A DNA stretch of 51,306 bases, the filler included, from Perkinsus olseni (taxonomy: Eukaryota): the NCBI GenBank assembly GCA_013115125.1. It is 2 parts of 2 records of this genome, joined end to end, with 100 filler letters (N's around TTAATTAATTAA, not from the genome) between each part and the next. Parts side by side here need not be neighbours in the genome. Positions count along the whole stretch, not along the records: positions 1 to 25,611 come from JABANN010000493.1; 1 more part is not named here. One strand, 5' to 3'. This document shows positions 1 through 12,618 of the stretch, piece by piece. The stretch's first letter is position 1, and each line of letters opens with the position of its first letter. The position numbers were made by a program, and so were the translations under genes. A model generated the notes under the pieces. It did not search any database. It was not told the DNA's origin and worked only from the letters and a program-made list of their open reading frames with translations.

Positions 1-3000
1 TTAAAGTTGCCGTTTGCGGTTCTTCTTCCTTGCCGTTTTGTGCCTGTTATCGCAAAACAGCTATGTACACGCGAGTTGCTCTATTGCGTGTTGCTATATT
101 ATAACACAACCGTTTGGAAGTAATAATATGAATGCCTCTCGTGAGAAGCGTACGAAGTGAGGGCTTCGTGGGGAACTTTTCGGGGTGCCGATGACTGATT
201 ACTGGGAACTAAATATTGGTGAAACTCACAACTCAAAGACATAAATCAACACTCTCTTGAAATGAAGCGTTGAGGATCAAGATCTACTGAGAGGGAGGAG
301 ACTCGTGAGTTCCAACGGCCCCTCTCAGTCGCGCCATAGTCAATAATGAAATCCGGATACTACTCTAACTTAGAGTCTCTAAGCTTCTGATATGAGTCCG
401 ACGTGTATGACATAAGAGGCGATCGTTCGTCATCGACGCAGCGTCTCTTGTACCACAACTTGCCGAATTCAGCTTACTTTAATTAGCCGCGGGAGTGTAG
501 CAGGGATATGCTGATCTGTTGTGGCAGCGTTAGGGAGACGACATACCACACCTTTCGTAAATGTTGCCAGCGGTGGTCAGTGGTAAATCGTTCTTCATCT
601 TATCGGTGCGGCAAGGGTCCCTTCTATGTAACATCGTCCTCCTCATGACGGCCATCTATGATCTATGGGACTCGATAATGCGGATTGGTACGGACTGTGA
701 GCGTATGATCGACAGGTAGCAGCCGCAGCAGTAGTGGTAGTCAGATCTCGGAACGCCACGACTTTGCCGTTATTCGAGACGTTACCGACCGCTACCGTAA
801 TTTACCGTTATTGTTAATTTACCGTTCCCCAGGCGGATAGAAGACTGAAGTAGTGGATGTAAACAGTTGTGATTAGTTGAGAAAGATTTTGAGGATCGTG
901 GTGGTGTATAGAGGGTGGTCTGAAGGATGCTATGAGTAGAGCGCCGCAATGCCACCAATTCGCCGCCATTTTAGACGCGCACGTCCACTACATAGACATG
1001 AGCTTTTGATGCTGACTGGCTGCAGTAGTAGGGGCGATATTGTGGCGCGCAGTTACGTTTTTAGGGACAGAATGATCGATTTTCGGATTAAAATCTGCGA
1101 AATTAGTCCGATCTTGAACATTGGTTTGACGTTGACTGGAGTTTCATTCGCGACACGAAAATGTATTTCCTGTTTGCGGGGAACGGCGCTTCATATATGG
1201 CGGATCACACTCCACTGAAATCTACCAGAACTTAGAGATAGACGCAGGACTGGAGAGTTAATTTCGTCGAAGCGTCTCGTATGCCATTCTCTTCTGACGC
1301 CTTCTCGAGAGTAATGCGCTAGGAGGAGTTGTGGGAAAGTTGGTATTGCGGCAGAAGACTGTTCTGGTGCGGTCAGGTTGGATGCCACTATTCATCTTCA
1401 AACGCAGTTCGTCTGTTGGATGGGAGCTGGTGGTGGTAAGGAAGGGAGGGAACTTCGTATCTTTGATGTTGGGAGATAATTGTTAAGGTCACGCTGCCCG
1501 ATCGCTCATCGGCGTTGTCGTTAGTATCCGAATCTGTGATTTCGGGATGGGATGGTATGAAATCTGGCAAAGAAATGAGCATCTTGGCAGCTTTTGACGT
1601 ACAGACTGATTTTTCTTTTCGAGAAAAAAGCGTTCAACTTTTGCTTTTGGATAATTACGATTTTCGAGCTGTTGTTGTTGATGACGAATAATGTTTTACG
1701 AAACGGATTGTAGTGACCTTGACGCCATACATTGAAGCGCTCGTCGATGATACTCCAATTGACGTCCTTGATTGGATTTGGGCTGGAGCGTATCTTACGG
1801 TTTCAGATACCGGATCTGCGCACAGCGTAGATATTGATATTGCTACCTACACGTCTTCAAGGGTTGGATATTCTTCTAGTAACAGTCTGTTAATCGATCG
1901 CGTGATCGATTATGATGCTGGTCAGGTACGATGGTCTGCCAAACTGGCTCTGCGGTCGATGCTCTCGATAATGGTGTAGCTGCCATGGTAAATGTTTTCG
2001 GAATTTTGATCTTGGAAGCCCCCAAGGTGAGTCCGGCCGACAGGTTGCGCATGCGTGCAGTTTACGTACCGCTCCAATCGCGAATCCTGTGTAACCCTGT
2101 CGCATCTCGACTCTTCGGTCTCCTTGGGAATTTTCTACCCATCGGGCGTGGTCGTCTCGTTTGTCCTTCCTCTATCGGAGTAGTTTATTTTCATTTCTTC
2201 ATACTCGATAGCTGATACTGATAATTCAATTCAATATCGTTCGTTTGCGGAGGTCTCCCGTCAGTTACTTTCGTAGTGGTGCCTCGCGAAATCAGAAATT
2301 TATGGTAATTTTTATTCCAGTATCCTATTTTTCTGATCTGAATTACTTGGCTTTGAGGGTTGTAGCTGAGAAATTTGCCCGATTTTTTTACCGAAAAAAA
2401 TTATTTTCCGTGAGGTAATTTTTTCCGGTCAGGTTAACACTAGAATGGCGGTCTACTTGATTTGGCTCATCTCCATAAGAGCAGCACGGACTCTCGCCAC
2501 TACCGTGTGAGCTAGGGGTGGGTAATTTCGTGGCGCGCGGTCATTTGCATGCTCGTACCTCAGGTACTATGTTTTCGCCTTGTCTGTTGGTCGGACGGGC
2601 CTCCGTCGATTTACCCTTTGCTCGGCAGCGTTGGAAGATCTTCCCGGACCGGGAGTTACCTTTGAGGATGATTATAAGCTCGATAAGGAAGGAACCTCCT
2701 GGGCGGCTATTGGTAGTAAGAGGGTTGGTGCGAACGCTAGGCTTTCTGCTGGCTCATGACTGTTCATGCCGCTTCGGAAAATTCCGGTACCTTTTTGGAA
2801 AATATCTCGGATGACTTAGGATGTTGTCCGCGCGAATGCGATATTTTGAATTCGTCGAGGGCAGGGCATTCGGTGAGTACACCCATCCACAGTTAGAAGG
2901 GGCAGCTGTCTCTATGAGAGTGAGGTCATGGGCGTTGAGGGGAGGGGGTGTAGCATCTATCGAGGTATTATACTAAAATAACGCATCTCTGTTTGGTTTC

Positions 3001-3310
3001 ATGATCGTCCTCTTGGTCGCATACTGCTTATGCTAAGGAGTTGGGGAGGGGCGTATTTATTGGTGTTATTGTTATTATTCTCAGACGAGCTTGTCCTCAG
3101 CGCGGTGATTTTTCTCTTCTCCTGTTATCTGATTGTTCTAATAAGCCGCCTCTCGGCCATCGTGCAACTTGGCGGAGCGGGCGATGAGCGGACTGCCAAT
3201 CCTGCAGTGAGTTTCATTGGCGAAAGGGCGGCGGTTCAATCCCCAGTGGAGGTATTCTGAATCAGGTTTTGGCGCTTTTGGAGTCGGACACTCCTCAGAC
3301 GACATTGACA
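1..3310 (-). CDS. Probable multi-exon hypothetical gene; exon structure and ends not resolved
   Basis: Protein-like minus-strand segments bounded by GT/GC..AG, e.g. PNPIKDVNWSIIDERFNVWRQGHYNPFR (~1700-1785), LLLEEYPTLEDV and ELRLKMNSGIQPDRTRTVFC. No family recognised. Confidence 0.35.
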
Positions 3311-3500
3311 ACCTCCTTTCTGAAAGTATCTTTATCGATCAAGTGATCGATTTCGACTTCCTTTTCAGAATTTTCCTGTCCAGTCGGGTGTCCGTGCGCT
3401 GAGCCTCACCAACGGAATACTGTGTGCGGCAGTCATCATCATTCAGGTGAAATTTACCATCACTGAGTTCATACCAACTTTTTCGTTTCAGATAATCCGC

Positions 3501-5050
3501 ATGGCTGCCTGGTGTGGCGAAGAGACTCGACTGGCGGCTCTTGAGAAGGATTGGTGTGTGCCTTATGGTGGAAGTAAAATTGACGAGGGCAGGGGTTGAA
3601 CCAGGGACCTTCGGACTGCCCGTCAGGTGCTATAACGGAGTCGCTAGCAGCGATGGCGGTGTATACTGTGATTTGGTCGAGGAGTCGTCGACTAAGGAAG
3701 TCGCGTGGCGTGAGGTTCTATCCTCATGCTCAGGGGGTGCGCACAGCGAAGAATATCTTTCTTTGCAACGCTCGATGTCCCACGGCTTATGGCAAATCTT
3801 CGTCTTTTTTTGAAAACCTATATTAGATAATTCAGAAGTTGGGGGAAAGTTGGTGTCTCCTGGCATTCCTGATTATTGTGAAGTAGAGAAGTGATGTGGA
3901 AAATGGGATGGCTGTGGTTAAACGATCTTTTCGAAGGAGATGCCCGTGCTGCAGTTGTCGGAGAAGTTGGAGTGATAGCTTTTTTCGCATGAAAATAAAA
4001 TTTTCAATCTCATTCAGTTTTCAGTCCTCTCAGCAAAATGAATATCATTTGTTGTTGAATTTCCAATCGTCGCCTGCAGGTTATGATTCTATCGAGCCTC
4101 GCTATGTTGCTAGGAACATTATATATAAGTGGATCTTATTTCCCGGTAAGGAATCCTGGGTTGAAGCTGGCAAGATACGAAATAGGTCAGGTTGGTCAGG
4201 TATTCTGGTTGGACCTGATGTGTCTGGATGTTTTCTGTTATCTTATCCGCTATGCCGTTGGATGCTGGCTGCTGTGGCTATGCATCTCCTTGTGAGTTCG
4301 GGAGACTTGACATGATTCTGAAACTTGATTCAAGAATGAATTTTCCTTCTATTTTTTCCCAGTCCCTATCACTTTTGGAGAGTTACGTGTAAAATTATTC
4401 GTGAATTGAGTTGTTCTTTAGTTTTTTAGAATGGGGAAAATTTTTTTGAAGGAAATTTTGGATCGATAGATGATCTCATTTCGGTCAGGTCGGTTATCCT
4501 ATCGGTTGGTGGGGATGTCTACGGTAAAAGGAGGGAGAATACATCAATTTTTCGGGCCATTTATGGCGGCGAATTGGAGACGCTCAAAGCCGATGAGAGA
4601 GAGCAGAGAGGTCTGGACCTATTTTGTATCTTGCTCGGATCGAGCTTGGATATGCACCATGATAGATCATGCCTGTCCTCAGCTCCACCGGAACGCTCAT
4701 CAGAGAGTGTTCGGATGAGAAGGAGGGACCAGGGACCGAACTCGGGTACTATATATAAATGGACGTATCTTATGTAGATAGGTCGACCTCTATAAGATAC
4801 GCCGCCTACCTTCTTGAGCCCAATCAGTGGGCTGCTTGGTTGACCATGATGTGCATAATTATCGATCATCAGGGCGAGCGCTTTTTTGTGTCAAGTCTTT
4901 CCCAGGTGGTGGTGATTCATTACAGTTTCGCTCCGCCTTTCTTTCTCAATGGGAAACACTGCCGGTAACTTGCCCTGTTGCGAGTTGCACTGTAAGTCGG
5001 AGAATCATACGCTGCTTGCTCGACCTTTTCTTGATCTTGCTTGCTCGACC
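3501..5050 (+). CDS. Multi-exon hypothetical membrane protein
   Basis: ATG 3501 follows a pyrimidine-rich AG. Exon peptides include MAAWCGEETRLAALEKDW, CYNGVASSDGGVYCDLVEESS and hydrophobic segments MILSSLAMLLGTLYISG, VFWLDLMCLDVFCYLIRYAVGCWLLWLCISL and WAAWLTMMCIII. Model approximate. Confidence 0.4.
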
Positions 5051-5095
5051 TCGAGATACTCATGTCGTTGTTTGTTAGCTGATAGCGCATTCGAG

Positions 5096-6227
5096 ATGAA
5101 CCGCCAGAAATCGGGAGGGGTGATATACCCTAGGGCGGCCTCTGGAGGATCCCAGCGTCGCGCGCCACGAAATTCGAGTAGTCGGAGCTCCCTTGGTACA
5201 CCTGTGCCTAAGGTAGGATCAGGAAGTGAATCGCGCTCGCCCAGACGATCGATTCCTGTTTTCGCAGTTGACTCTTTCTTCCGGCTCGTCGAGTCGCAAC
5301 TCATTACCCGTCGTAATTCAATCGCCTTCGACATCGACTGCAACAAAAAAGGCGGAGCGAAGCGAAATTCGGTACTGTTGGAGGGATTCGATCCGGGGAC
5401 CTTCCGCATAGCAGTCGGGTACTTGCTCTCGCTGCTCCACTCGCCCGCAGTGCAAGCTAAGATGTTGTATTAGTTACTCCGACGGGTCGAAGTACATCGG
5501 GGATATCGTGGATGGTCAGCGAGAGGGAGAAGGTCGATTGGAGTATCCTGGAGGTTACTATCAAGGTTGGAAGATTCCCATTTTTCATCGAATTCTTTTT
5601 TGTTCGAAAACTCTGTTAGGTATGTGGTTGAAGAATGAACCGCATGGAGAGGGAGTACAGACCTGGGCTGATGGCCGAATGTGAGCCGCTTGACCTTTTT
5701 CGTATCTAACTATGGTCAACCTAAGATTCACCTGATTTATTGTGTTAGATACGTTGGGACGTTCAAGGAAGGTAAATTTCATGGCGCCGGTCGAATGGAG
5801 TGGCACGTTGCCGGGCATCGAGGAGGGCCGATGGTGTATCAGGGGCAGTATGTTGAAGATAGAAAAGAGGGATATGGTGAGGGGGTATCTTAGGCTGAAG
5901 CATGCGGGATACGAAAGAGGTTATGAACTACGTACATTGTGATTGTTTAGGGGCCTTCGAGTGGCCTGATGGTCGAAAGTACGCTGGTTGGTGGCTCGCC
6001 GGAAAAAGGCACGGAGATGGAGAGTAGTGATTCTAATCGATTAACTGGGCGCGCGCTCTTGGCGCATCAGGTACACTACTGAGTTCGGCCAGACTCGAAA
6101 GGGTATTTGGGAGAATGATGTTCTCGTGCGGTGGGTGGGGAGTGTTGGCGGGAGCACTCCGTCTGGAAGTGCTGGAGCGGGGGTCGGACCAGTGAGAGTA
6201 TCGAAGAATCTTGAGGTCGAGCAGTGA
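5096..6227 (+). CDS. MORN-repeat protein (multi-exon; start uncertain)
   Basis: Spliced exons give tandem MORN units: YSDGSKYIGDIVDGQREGEGRLEY, GMWLKNEPHGEGVQTWADGR, YVGTFKEGKFHGAGRMEW, YQGQYVEDRKEGY, FEWPDGRKYAGWWLAGKRHGDG. Last exon ends NLEVEQ* at 6225-6227. Confidence 0.85.
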
Positions 6228-6429
6228 AGATACGAAGTAGGTCAAGACGTGGCCAAGTGTGATGATCATCGACATGTTGATGGTTTTTGGTCTATTATGG
6301 TCTCCTGCATGTTATGATGTTTCTTACTACGAAGGTTACTCTGTCTTGAATTGGATAAATTGAGAGTGCATATCTTAGGTTGATGCGTGCAAGATATCTT
6401 TTAGGTCGGCATCTTTACTACTCACCTCC

Positions 6430-9336
6430 ATGGGAATCAAACAGCTGTTCAAGTTCGTATCGGAGAACGCTCCAAAGTCGGTGAGCGAACAGAAAATGGA
6501 GAACTACACCGGAAGGGGCCTGGCATTGGACGCGAGCATGTGCCTCTACCAGGTAGTAGTAGCAGCAGCAGGGGTGGTGGTGGTGGTGGTGGTGGCAAAC
6601 CTATTGTAGTCGGTGAAGTAGCATAAAAACGGCCCTACTGTTAGCGGCCGTTTCGACTATTTTTCCCATGCATGATGAAGGGTGGTGATCTTCAGTTTCT
6701 GATCGCCGTGCGTCTGGGAGGAGATAATCAGCACGTTAATCTGACCAATGCTGCAGGGGACGTTACTTCCCACATATCTGGATTTGTTACGAGGACGTTG
6801 AGGATGATGGAAGCTGGTAGGGGACGGGTAGTGGTCATTCCATTGGATAGGAATGCGGATTGGAGTGGTATTAGTCTCTCTGTTGATTTATTTTGATAAG
6901 ATATCGGTAATCGAGGCACAATGAGCCTCTGACGGTTGGGAAGATTGATATGATGACTAATAGTGATTCACTATCAAAATGATTACTACTGAAGACTCTG
7001 TGGCTGGGACTCACAGTCCGGGAGTTACTAGGTCGTAGAAAGATACTCTCTCGTAATAGCGTCGTCACTGGTAGAGGACTGTGCAGGTATCAAGCCAGTT
7101 TACGTGTTTGATGGGAAGGCTCCGAGCCTTAAAACGGGCGAGCTGGAGAAGAGGAGGGAGATCAAAAAGAAGGCTGAGGAAGATCTGAAGGAGGCTATTG
7201 AGAAGGGTAGTGACTGGCAGTGTTGGGAACGTGAAAGTTGTGATTTTACTGTAATCAAAGTTTACCGTAATCACCACTGGCGAAGTAGCGCTTCACGGCA
7301 TTACGCGGGCTTGGGCTACTATTTAGGAGTGGGAGTGGGGAAGTAATGGAGAGTTTAATATTTTTACCGGAGATCTGGGCCACAGGCGGCACGATACCTC
7401 TTCGCGGACTGATTTGTGTCATTCGGGCTGGCGAGCTTCTTGGTGGATGGGGTATATGAGGAAGTGATGGATTTATAATTAGAATGGTGTTAAGAATGAT
7501 CGCATTTCGTTATGGTCGTGGGACTGCTTGTGGCTGTTTCGTCGACCTACTCCGAATCCTACACGGGTGACCGGAAGATATTCTCGCAGGTGACGATGAG
7601 GGTATCAGAAAAGCCGCCCATCGATCTACCCGAGTGACCCCGAAGATGAACGCAGATGTGAAAAAACTGCTGAGTATTGAGCGGAGCGATGCAGTTTGAT
7701 TATCTTTTAATCGTCCTTTTTTGTTGTTTCAGCTATGATGGGATGCTGCATCGTTGAGGCCCCTGAGGAGGCTGAGGCGAGCTGCGCGGCTCTGGTGAAG
7801 TACGGCAAGTGTTACGGAGCTGTTACTGATGATATGGACGTGAGAAGCCTGCTGGCATTGGGCATTGGGGGTGGCTGCTTCCGAGAAAATTCAGTGGCGT
7901 GAAGGATCCTGTTCGCTATGTTAATCAATTTTCCATGGTTGAATTATCTTCCCTACGACGAACCTAACTGATGATTGCAGCGATTATTATGCAGTCGAAA
8001 GGGTTTGGAAATTTCGGACTTCGGATGGCAGATTGACAGGTACTCACTTTCGGGTCGCCAGTTCAAATCAAGAATTTGTTCAACACGTTGGGAAGCGGTC
8101 AGCAGCATTCTGCTGGGAAGAGTACGAAGCCGGTAGTAGCACGGTGTTTTTGGGCCTTAGCGGAGCGAAGCGTTTCATGTTTGTAGGTTTATGAACTGTC
8201 TTTGTCGGTGGTGTTGGAGCAACTGGACGTGACGATGGGCCAGTTTGTGGATTTCTGCATCATGTGCGGATGTGATTATCTGGACACCATCCGGGGCATC
8301 GGTAGTAGAGGGAGAGAGAGAACTGTGCCTTTTGTCGGGGAGGCAAGGTTCTCCTTCACCGAATGGAATCTTAGGTCGACTCGAGGCAATTGCAGATAGG
8401 TCGGCAGCCTTCCTCATGAAGATATCTTTGTGTTTAGCTCGCGGTTTCGGTGGAATTTTTGGGCGCGCGAAATTGGTTTTCCAGGTCCGAACAACGCTTT
8501 TAAGCTGATTGTCGAGCATAAAAATATCGAGGGTGTGCTTGAGCACATCGACAAGAGCAAGTTTACTGTGCCAGACAGTTGGATTAATGGGGATTATAAA
8601 AAGGTGGAAATTCGACAAATTATGGGTGTATTTAGCGCGCGCCCTGACAGGTGAGAGAGTATTTTCTGGAGGCCCCTGTGGTGGAGAGGGAAAATGTCGA
8701 ATTGAAGTGGCCGACGCCCGATTATGACGGGTTGAGGAAGTTCTTAGTGGACGAGAATCAGTTCTCAGAAGACCGGGTTGAAAAGTAGGAAAAGGCGCAG
8801 GTTCGATCCCCGGAGATATCATCGGCTTTTTGGGAATACGCTGTCGATTTTTAGTGTGTGGAAACAACTATCGAGGACTGATTAGATTTCTTTTGTCTGT
8901 TTCACCGTTGAGGGTGTTTGTGAAGGTACATCAGTCGGCTGAGGAAGTGCAAGCAGGCTAAGACGCAGATGAGGTTGGATACCTTCTTCAAAACGTCCAA
9001 GCCGGCGATTAAGAAGGAGGATAAATTCGACCCTTTCAAGAAGGAAACTAAGAAGAGTACTACTATGGGGCGGGGTGGCGTTTATTCTGTTTTTTTGATA
9101 TTTTGTGCTTTCGAAAATTCTTTTTTTCTCGAATGGAAGCTCGCCTGTTTGCGACCTGTGTGAGTGAATTTTCTTCTCCTGTGACTTCGTGTTTTTCGTA
9201 TTAATTTTTTTCTGGTCGGAATTTTCGGTTTTGCTAACTGTCGATATTATCGTGCTCAGACGGTGTGAGTACTGGTGGCAGGAAGAGAGCAAGCGCTTCG
9301 ACAGGAGGCGCGAAAGCAAAGAAAGTTAAGAAATGA
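6430..9336 (+). CDS. FEN1: Flap endonuclease 1 (about 11 exons)
   Basis: [79 protein letters not shown] (H3TH), PIP box QMRLDTFF and a basic tail AKAKKVKK*. Confidence 0.96.
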
Positions 9337-9491
9337 TGAGATTCCGCAAGAGTGCAAGATTCGCGATTGCAGCATAATGAAGCAAGCAGAGATGATGTTA
9401 AGATTCATAATTAGTGACTGGTATCCTGGTTCGATCCCGGCATGTTGCGTTTTTCTGCGATTTCTAAATTTTGATCTGTAGGCGTCCTGTT

Positions 9492-12206
9492 ATGGTAGCA
9501 GTAGCGGAGGGGCATCATCATGAACTCAGAGGGAGGAAAAGATACAGAATAGAGAAGTTCATCAGTGAGAAGAAAGGAATACTTTGCTTCGCTCCGCTAA
9601 GAGTTGTGAAGTTTAGGTGAGGGAACGTACGGTAAGGTGTTCTTGGCAAAGGATCTCTCGAATGGAGAGGATGTCGCTATTAAGAGGCTGAAGACGGCAG
9701 CAGCAGCGGCTGGTGGGTATCTTAGGTTGAAGCGCGGGTGGAACAGAATTGAGATGTGCATGCGTGCAGGCACTAGTGGTGGTATCGGTGGGATACACTT
9801 TACCTGTATCAGAGAGATGAAGGTCATGAAAGCTGTCCATAGCGAGAACGTGATGTCTCTAGTCGATGTAAGTAGTTCTCGCGCGCCACGAAATTGCCGA
9901 TGACCGCGATCTGGAAGTTGGGGAATCCGCAGGGAATTAACATGCAATCGTGCAGATGACCTGACACGGGGAAGAGGCTCTTCGACAAGGTCCCCAGCCT
10001 CCTTATTATTAGCTGCTCCACCTTCCTCGCGTGAAGGATGTATTTTTCCTGCGTATTCTCGCAGTGGCCTTCGGAATGAAATTTGGCCGTTGGCTGCCTG
10101 CTGATTAAGGTTTGACGGACTCGGCACTTCCACCCTTGAGGCATGAATTAGCGCTAAGTCCTTGCGTGTTGCGTCTTGTGTCACCACCTGATGCCCCCGG
10201 TTGCTAGGCAGTCTTTGGGCAGGTCTTTGCATCAATTAACGAGGATGAGGCCTCGGCGGAAGAATCGGCGTCGACTGCTACGCCCCGCCACAAACAACCC
10301 CAGTTGTCCTTGGTTATGAAGTTCATGCATTGTGATCTCAAGAAAGTCTTGAGTGAGAGAGATTCTCCTAGCGGAGCGAAGCGTTTCACGAATTGCCATT
10401 TTCAGGTTCGCGGAATGTAACGTTATCATTAGCGTGTATCAAGACCATGGTGTACCAAATCGCCTCGGGCGTCAAGGCTCTTCACGACGCATGGTTCGTC
10501 CATCGGGATCTCTCCTCGGGTAACGTTCTTTGCGACATAAACACCGGAACCCTCAGTCTCACCGATTTCGGCCTGGCTCGGCAAATCGGTCAGCCGCCAC
10601 CGGTAAGCTCACCGTGGATCAGTATCATGAATACAGTAATTTTGTCCGGTGATTGATACTGTGTAGTGAGTCCTGGTTTGTTTGAATGGTCGAAAAAGTG
10701 AGAACGTGTACTCCGATGAAGCTAAGCTGGATGCATTGGAAAAGATACGTGAGGGTGAATGCCCTTTTCATCGTTGTTGGTACGGTATGTGTTTACAGAT
10801 CCTGAGATCATGACGTTTCTCGTGAAATGAAATTCTCGGAGATAGAATTATCATGGAACCGAGTCATGCCCCCAAGCTACCTATCGGCATGACGCTGGAG
10901 GGTCTCATTTAACTATTTCATAGAAGAAATTCGGTATGGTATTAAATCACCATTACGACGCCTCCTTTCGAATTTCTCGGGAAAGTACTCGACAGCGGCA
11001 AGAAAATCATCGTTTTCTCGCCTTGTCCAGAGAAACTGAGCACTGTACGCTGCTGCTGGTTGACGGCGATCAGGCTGCTATAATGTGCTTCCTCTCAGGG
11101 ATGCTTCAGCCAGTCGAAGCGATCTTTCGGCGGGAACATGACCTTCAACGTCGTAACGTTGTGGTACCGAGCACCCGAGCTGCTGTTCGAGTCCTCGTAC
11201 TACTCCCCAGCCGTGGACATCTGGTCTGTTGGTACGCTGATGGCTGAGATGCTCCCGAGGGGTGAGAGAAGTCGACCGAGCACGGTGAAGCGGAGGGCCC
11301 CGCTGTTCCAGGTAGCCAGGGGAGATCATCATCGCTGTTAACCCGCATCCTGGACAGCGAGACTCGACATAATGACACTCGATGACGTTATGAGGCTGAA
11401 GTAAGGATTGGAAAAACAGGATTGGATGACGTCTCGGCCAGTGGGGAATGATGTGGAAAAAGAAAAATTTTTCCGCAATGTAGTCTAGTCGTGCCGAAGC
11501 ATTGCTAGATGGGAATATCTTCAGAATTTCGAAACTCCAGAATCCACTCACTGTTTCGGCCTGTGGGGCTTCTCATAAAATTTTTCTCCGAAAGTTCTGA
11601 GATTCTCGGTGGGCAAACTGCGTGATATCCTTCCATTTCTCCAGCGACAGGGGCATCCACAGTTCCGGGGTTCAGGTACCCTCAGAGCTTGACCTCCTCA
11701 AGGCCATCGTAGAGCTGCTCGGCACACCCTCGGAGCAAACGTGGCCTGAAGCATCCAGTCTGCCCAGCTTCCATGAGTTTGCTTATTTGCCGGAACCCGA
11801 TAATTGGCCGCGGGAAATGTTCGGGGATGCTTGCAAGGAATCGGAAAAGTTGGATGAGTTTCTGAAAAGTGGGTTTGGCGCGAAAAAAGATTCAGTCGTA
11901 GCTTTTCGCTCCCGGCTTCCTTTATTTTCCTTGATCTTTTTCACTTTTCCCCTCCATTTTCGCCGTATCGTGTTTTTTTGTCTTCTAATTCTCGTCATTT
12001 TTACTCTTAGCCGTGGAAATTTCCAAGTTGCTCACCACCCTCTTGGTTTTCCCAGCTCCGTCCGTTCAGGTATGCTGATGTTGAACCCGTCGGCGCGGCC
12101 ATCCAGTGCTAACCTCCTCGAGCACGACTACTTTACTTCGGGCCACCCGAGTATGGCCAGCAAGGAAGAGCTAGCGAAGGCACTCCGCCCAGCTGTGGAT
12201 GGATGA
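9492..12206 (+). CDS. Cyclin-dependent kinase, CDK7/MO15-related (Pfmrk-like), multi-exon
   Basis: [29 protein letters not shown] (cyclin-binding helix), [52 protein letters not shown] in place of HRDLK recalls apicomplexan MRK. The activation segment seems to carry extra small exons. Confidence 0.9.
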
Positions 12207-12618
12207 TGGAATTTCACGACGATTTACCATTTCTGAATTCCGCGGCTCGTGTTGGGTTGCCTACCAGTAGTTTGCTAGTGGGACACGCAGTACGCATACA
12301 AAGATACGCACAGGACATGGGGGAGCGTTCGTGAGCTTGAAAGGATTCGTGTTTGTGTGGATAATCCACAGTGGATTCTATTATCTCTTTATTATTAAGG
12401 GGATCTCCGGGCAGCGTTACTGTTGACTTTCGTCAGATATTGCTGTCTGAGTCAGGTAACTTGACCTGCTATATTTCTGACAATACCCTTTGGAGACGCT
12501 GAGGAAAGCGACGCGATTTGCGAAACCGTCAACCGGTTTCGCGTACGATTGGCGAAACCGAGCGGGAGCGTGGAGTTGGACGTTGATTCTAACAACGCCC
12601 GAGTACCGTTGTTACCTT

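Noticed and set aside
6554-6596. GTA/GCA/GTG trinucleotide run
   Set aside because: Ordinary intronic microsatellite.
6950-6992. C/D snoRNA in a FEN1 intron (ATGATGA..CTGA)
   Set aside because: Only ~43 nt long, with no terminal stem or recognisable guide.
8175-10235. Long minus-strand ORFs 8175-8867, 8882-9319 and 9597-10235
   Set aside because: Antisense shadows of FEN1 and the kinase with no recognisable motifs.
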